A stretch of 60,834 nucleotides of DNA from the NCBI GenBank assembly GCA_030039135.1, contig JASHQN010000098.1, positions 1 through 60,834 on the forward strand, in the 5' to 3' direction. Source of the stretch: Thermoplasmata archaeon (GTDB lineage Archaea; Thermoplasmatota; Thermoplasmata; Lutacidiplasmatales; UBA184). Below the pieces are notes generated by a model. It was given only the letters and a program-made list of their open reading frames with translations, had not been told where the DNA came from and ran no database searches. Numbering within the stretch: the stretch's first letter is position 1; each line of letters begins with the position of its first letter. A program made the position numbers and the translations under genes. This document shows, in pieces, positions 56,691 to 60,834 of this stretch.

Positions 56691-57950
56691 CTACGGGTAG
56701 ATGCCGCGGATCTGCATCGCGTCGACGACGCGCTGGATCGCGAGGACGTAGGCGGCGGTCCGGTTGTTGACCTTCCGGTCGAGAGCGACCTTGTGCACGT
56801 CGTTGTACGAACGGACCATGACGCGCTCCAGGCGGGAGTTGACCTCGTCGAGCTCCCAGAAGTACCCCTGGATGTCCTGGGCCCACTCGAAGTAGCTCAC
56901 CGTCACGCCGCCGGCGTTCGCGAGCACATCCGGGAGCACGGCGATCTTCTTCTGAAAGAGGATCGTGTCCGCCTCGGGCACGGTCGGGCCGTTTGCGGCC
57001 TCGGCGACGATCTTTGCCTGGATCTTGTCGGCGTTCTTCTTCGTGATCTGGTTCTCGAGCGCTGCGGGGACGAGGACGTCGACCTTCGCTTCGAGCACCT
57101 CTTCGTTCGAGATCGCTTTCGCTCCCGGGAAGCCCACGACGGAGCCGGTCTTGGTCTTGTGCTCCTCGACGGCGTGGGGATTCAGGCCGTCCGCCTTGTA
57201 GATCCCTCCCTTCGAGTCGGAGAGCGCGACGATCTTCGCCCCTTGCTCGTCGTAGAGCAGCCGGCTCGCGACGCTCCCTGCGTTGCCGAATCCCTGGACC
57301 GCGACCGTCCCGCCCTTCACCCGGACGCCGAGGTCCCTCGCCGCCTCGCGGATGACGTAGGCGCACCCGCGCCCCGTCGCTTCGCCGCGGCCCTCGCTGC
57401 CGCCGAGGCTGATCGGCTTCCCCGTCACGACGCCGGGGACGCTGTAGCCCTTTTGCATCGAGTACGTGTCCATGATCCAGGCCATCGTCTGGCTGTCCGT
57501 GTAGACGTCCGGCGCCGGGATGTCCATCTCGGGTCCGATGATCGGGGCGATCTCGCTCGCGTAGCGCCGGGTGAGCCGCTCGAGCTCCCCGTGCGACATG
57601 TGCTTCGGATCGCAGACGACGCCGCCCTTCGCCCCACCGTACGGGATGTCCACGACCGCACACTTCCAGGTCATCCAGGCCGCGAGCGCGCGGACCTCGT
57701 CGAGCGTCACCTGCGGGTGGTAGCGGATCCCGCCCTTCGTCGGGCCCCGGGCCATGTTGTACTGCACGCGGTAGCCGGTGTAGATCCGGTAGTCCCCACT
57801 ATCCATCCGTACGGGGAAGTGCACGGTCAGCTCTCGCTTCGGCGCCTTGAGCGTGTCGCGAAGGCCTCCGTCCAGGCCGATGAGATCGGCAACGATGTCG
57901 ACTTGCGCTTTGGCCGTTTCGAACGGGTTGATGGTGGAACTGCTTGCCAT
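56691..57950 (-). CDS. gdhA: Glutamate dehydrogenase (Glu/Leu/Phe/Val family)
   Basis: GPTKGGIRYHP, GGAKGG, DIPAPDV, VQGFGNAG, ANAGGVTVSYFEW. Confidence 0.95.
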   Translation of the reverse strand: MASSSTINPFETAKAQVDIVADLIGLDGGLRDTLKAPKRELTVHFPVRMDSGDYRIYTGYRVQYNMARGPTKGGIRYHPQVTLDEVRALAAWMTWKCAVVDIPYGGAKGGVVCDPKHMSHGELERLTRRYASEIAPIIGPEMDIPAPDVYTDSQTMAWIMDTYSMQKGYSVPGVVTGKPISLGGSEGRGEATGRGCAYVIREAARDLGVRVKGGTVAVQGFGNAGSVASRLLYDEQGAKIVALSDSKGGIYKADGLNPHAVEEHKTKTGSVVGFPGAKAISNEEVLEAKVDVLVPAALENQITKKNADKIQAKIVAEAANGPTVPEADTILFQKKIAVLPDVLANAGGVTVSYFEWAQDIQGYFWELDEVNSRLERVMVRSYNDVHKVALDRKVNNRTAAYVLAIQRVVDAMQIRGIYP

Positions 57951-57989
57951 ACTCAATCCCCTCGCGGGTACCGCCGGACCCGGGAGCCC

Positions 57990-59048
57990 CTACTTGAGCG
58001 TAGCGCGCGCCCTGCCACGGTTCGACGCGGGGTCCGGCGTTAGACGAACACTGGGAGAGCCGCGGGAGCGCTCGAACGGCTGCCAGCCGGCCCGTGGCAT
58101 GGGGACGAGGGCATCCCCGGTCTCCAACCAGGCACCCCGCCCACGCTCGACTCGTCCGATCCGGGTCAGCGCGCCTCCGACTCGTCGCACCGCCCGCTCC
58201 GCGCGTCGCCAGCGCGCGGGGGATAGGGCGACCAGGAGCTCGTAGTCCCCGCCAAAGAACGCGATCGCCCGTCGCGCATCGGCCGAGCGACCCGCCGCCA
58301 CCCCCCGAGCAAGGGGAAGCCGTGCCTCATCGATCCGAACACGCACGCGGCTCGCGGCCGCGAGCAGCCGCGCCGAGTCGGCGAGGCCATCGGAGGTGTC
58401 GAGCATCGCGTGGGCGAATGGGGCGAGGGCCACACCCTCACGAACCCGGGGGCGAACGTCCACGAGTTCGGAAGCCGCACGACGGCGTCGCACACCTCCC
58501 GCCGCGAGGTTCGCCGCAGCCATTCCCCCGCGGCCCACGACGCCGGTGACCGCAAGCCAGTCTCCGGCGCGCGCGCCGGAGCGGGGGACGAGCGCGCGTG
58601 CCGAGCCCCACCCGAGGACGGTGCTCGCGATCGCGCGGACCGGTCCGGGTTTGGTATCCCCGCCCACGATGTGCGCGCCGAATCGTGCGCCGAGCCGTTC
58701 GGCACCCCGGACCACGGCCTCTGGCCAGTCCGAGCGAGTCCCGACCGGCAGGATCAGCCCGATCAGGATCGCGGCCGGCCGCGCGCCCTTCGCGGCCACG
58801 TCCGAGAGGCTCACGGCCGCAGCCGCGGCGCCGACCCGCGCCGGGGGGGAGCCGGGAAGAAAGTGGGTCCCCTCGACCAACAGGTCGGTCGACACGACCG
58901 CGACGTGCCCCCGAGGCGGCCGGATGGCCGCCGCGTCGTCCCCGATGGGGAGGGCCCCCGCGTGGCCGGCCGGAAGCGCTCGGGCGAGCCAGCGGTGGAA
59001 CTCCCGCTCCCGGAGGGCACGGCCCACGGGTCGGTTCCGGCGCGTCAT
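57990..59048 (-). CDS. thiL: Thiamine-monophosphate kinase
   Basis: IGDDAA, TDLLVEGTHF, SDVAAKGA.P, GGDT, DTSDGL, GGDYEL. Confidence 0.92.
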   Translation of the reverse strand: MTRRNRPVGRALREREFHRWLARALPAGHAGALPIGDDAAAIRPPRGHVAVVSTDLLVEGTHFLPGSPPARVGAAAAAVSLSDVAAKGARPAAILIGLILPVGTRSDWPEAVVRGAERLGARFGAHIVGGDTKPGPVRAIASTVLGWGSARALVPRSGARAGDWLAVTGVVGRGGMAAANLAAGGVRRRRAASELVDVRPRVREGVALAPFAHAMLDTSDGLADSARLLAAASRVRVRIDEARLPLARGVAAGRSADARRAIAFFGGDYELLVALSPARWRRAERAVRRVGGALTRIGRVERGRGAWLETGDALVPMPRAGWQPFERSRGSPSVRLTPDPASNRGRARATLK

Positions 59049-59055
59049 CGGCTGT

Positions 59056-60246
59056 TCACTTGTACGGGACGAACTCCTTGCCGAGCAGTTCGCGGCCCAG
59101 GATGATTCGCATGACGTTGAGCCCTCCCTCCGCGCCCACCAGGTAGGACATGAGGCCGCGTAGGCCGAGCTCTAGGCCGATCTCCTTCGTATAGCCCGCC
59201 GCTCCGAACCACATCATGACGCGCTTGACGCACTCGAACGCGAGCGGGGGGGCGGTGAGCTTTACCGCCGCGACGGCCCGGTCGACCTCGCTGCGGTGCG
59301 ACAGGTCGCCTTTCAGGGTGTACGTATCGAGCAGCCAGGCGGCGCGGCGGCACTGCCACTTGACCGCCTCCACCTGGGTCCAGAGGTCGACCAATTCGAA
59401 TTGGATTCCCTCGAACTTTCCCAAGGGCCGTCCGAATACGGGTCGTTCCTTGATGTACGCCATGCCCGTCTCGAGCGCTCGCTCGGCGGCGCCGACGCAC
59501 GCCGCGGCGACGAACGTCCGGGCGACCGTGAACCCCTCCATGGCGCACTCGAACCCGTTGCCTTCCGTGCCGATCAGGTAGTGGGCCGGCACACGTGCGT
59601 CGTGGTAGGCGAGGCTTCCCGTTGAGATTCCCATCCGGCCCATGTTGTGGAACCGCTGGGTTGCGATTCCTTCCGTGCGCGTGGGAACGTAGAGGAAGTT
59701 GTAGCCTCGAGCGCCGTCCTTGGCGAGCGTCAGATGCCCGCCCCCCAGCGCCTTCGCTTCCTCAACCCCGGATATAAACGACTTCTCCCCACGGACGACG
59801 AACGCCCCTCCGTCTCTCCGGGCGGTCGTCCGCATGGCGGCGAGATCGCTCCCGCCGGTCGGTTCGGTGGTCGCGATGCCGAGGAACGCTTTGCCTTGGC
59901 AGACGGGAGGGAGCACTTCGCGACGCGCCTCGTCCGTCCCGTGGCGGGCGAAGAGGTGGCCCCAGCCGGCCTCGAGCAGGAAGAACACCGCGGTCGCCAT
60001 CGAGGAGTCGCCGCGTCCGATCTCCTCCGCGGCGATCTCCGTGAGGACCGCCGACGCACCCATGCCTCCGAACTCCTCGGGCACGGTCATCGCGAGAAGT
60101 CCTAGGTCGGCCATCGCTGCGAGGACGCTCGCCGGGATCTTTGCGTCCGAGTCGATCTTCGCTTCGTTCGGGCGCAGGGTCCGATCCCCGAACTTGCGTA
60201 CCGCGGCCTGGAACGCCGATTCCTCATCGGAGAAACGGAAATCCAT
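59056..60246 (-). CDS. Acyl-CoA dehydrogenase
   Basis: VPEEFGG, TEPTGGSD, GEKSFIS, R.VFGRPL..F.GIQF.L, G..GY. Confidence 0.93.
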   Translation of the reverse strand: MDFRFSDEESAFQAAVRKFGDRTLRPNEAKIDSDAKIPASVLAAMADLGLLAMTVPEEFGGMGASAVLTEIAAEEIGRGDSSMATAVFFLLEAGWGHLFARHGTDEARREVLPPVCQGKAFLGIATTEPTGGSDLAAMRTTARRDGGAFVVRGEKSFISGVEEAKALGGGHLTLAKDGARGYNFLYVPTRTEGIATQRFHNMGRMGISTGSLAYHDARVPAHYLIGTEGNGFECAMEGFTVARTFVAAACVGAAERALETGMAYIKERPVFGRPLGKFEGIQFELVDLWTQVEAVKWQCRRAAWLLDTYTLKGDLSHRSEVDRAVAAVKLTAPPLAFECVKRVMMWFGAAGYTKEIGLELGLRGLMSYLVGAEGGLNVMRIILGRELLGKEFVPYK

Positions 60247-60354
60247 GGGAATCCACCCCCGACATGCCCCTAGGATTTAGGCTCGGCGAGGCCGAGACCG
60301 AAACCCTCGAGGAACTCCTTTAAGCCGCCTCCGCTGACCGGCTCGGTGAGCGCC

Positions 60355-60834
60355 ATGGCGGTGCGGGTAGCCATCAATGGATTCGGGCGCATTGGCCGGA
60401 ACATCTTCCGCGCGGCACTGGGCGACCCGGCGATCGAAGTGGTCGCGGTCAACGACATTACCGACGCGAGGACGCTCGCCCACTTGCTGAAATATGATTC
60501 GATTCTCGGCAATCTTCCGAACCAGATCACGCACACCGACGATACGATTTCGGTGGATGGCAAGAGCTTCAAGGTCTTCCGAGGCAAGGCTCCGGCGGAG
60601 CTGGACTGGGCATCGGTTGGGGCGTCCATCGTGGTGGAGTCCACCGGGCTGTTCACGAAGGGTCCCGAGGCGCGCAAGCACCTTCGGGGCCCCGTAAAGA
60701 AGGTCCTGATCTCAGCGCCCGCCACGGATCCCGACACGACGCTCGTTCTCGGCGTGAACGATCGCACGTACGACCCGGCGAAGCATCACGTCATCTCGAA
60801 CGCATCCTGCACGACGAATTGCCTCGCACCGGTG
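60355..60834 (+). CDS. gap: Type I (bacterial-like) glyceraldehyde-3-phosphate dehydrogenase, 5' part (runs off window)
   Basis: Own translation: MAVRVAINGFGRIGRN...AHLLKYDS...VVESTGLF...KKVLISAP...SNASCTTNCLAPV. Confidence 0.95.
   Translation, partial: MAVRVAINGFGRIGRNIFRAALGDPAIEVVAVNDITDARTLAHLLKYDSILGNLPNQITHTDDTISVDGKSFKVFRGKAPAELDWASVGASIVVESTGLFTKGPEARKHLRGPVKKVLISAPATDPDTTLVLGVNDRTYDPAKHHVISNASCTTNCLAPV

Overview
GC-rich archaeal chromosomal segment, most consistent with a Thermoplasmata-like euryarchaeon. This rests on archaeal rps15, rpoL, TFS, Alba, TrpRS/ProRS/AsnRS and ArcS, CCA-less tRNAs, TATA boxes about 20-35 nt before many start codons, and a bacterial-type gyrA. It is densely coding, with about 57 CDS and two tRNAs (Val-TAC, Leu-GAG). 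I found no CRISPR array, integrase or transposase. Most genes are housekeeping (folP, carAB, purD, gdhA, thiL, UbiA/UbiD/UbiE quinone genes, Hef-like helicase, dut, kptA). The main points of interest are: (1) an RHH-like gene/arcS/tRNA-Val unit in which the arcS stop codon is tRNA bases U13-A14-G15, and G15 is the archaeosine site; (2) a polyphosphate locus (CHAD, Ppx, a pair of 'thymidylate kinases' resembling heteromeric PPK3, SixA, PhoU-like regulator with a very AT-rich upstream region); (3) an effector-less STAND ATPase-TPR gene paired with an ATPase-less paralog; (4) a long structured leader before a single-OB SSB; (5) tandem winged-helix paralogs, an orphan HTH-fused DNA methyltransferase, several unusual fusions and small Zn-finger proteins; (6) a bacterial-type GAPDH. 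All calls come from motif recognition by eye; no database searches were run, and many start codons were re-assigned from the ORF track.
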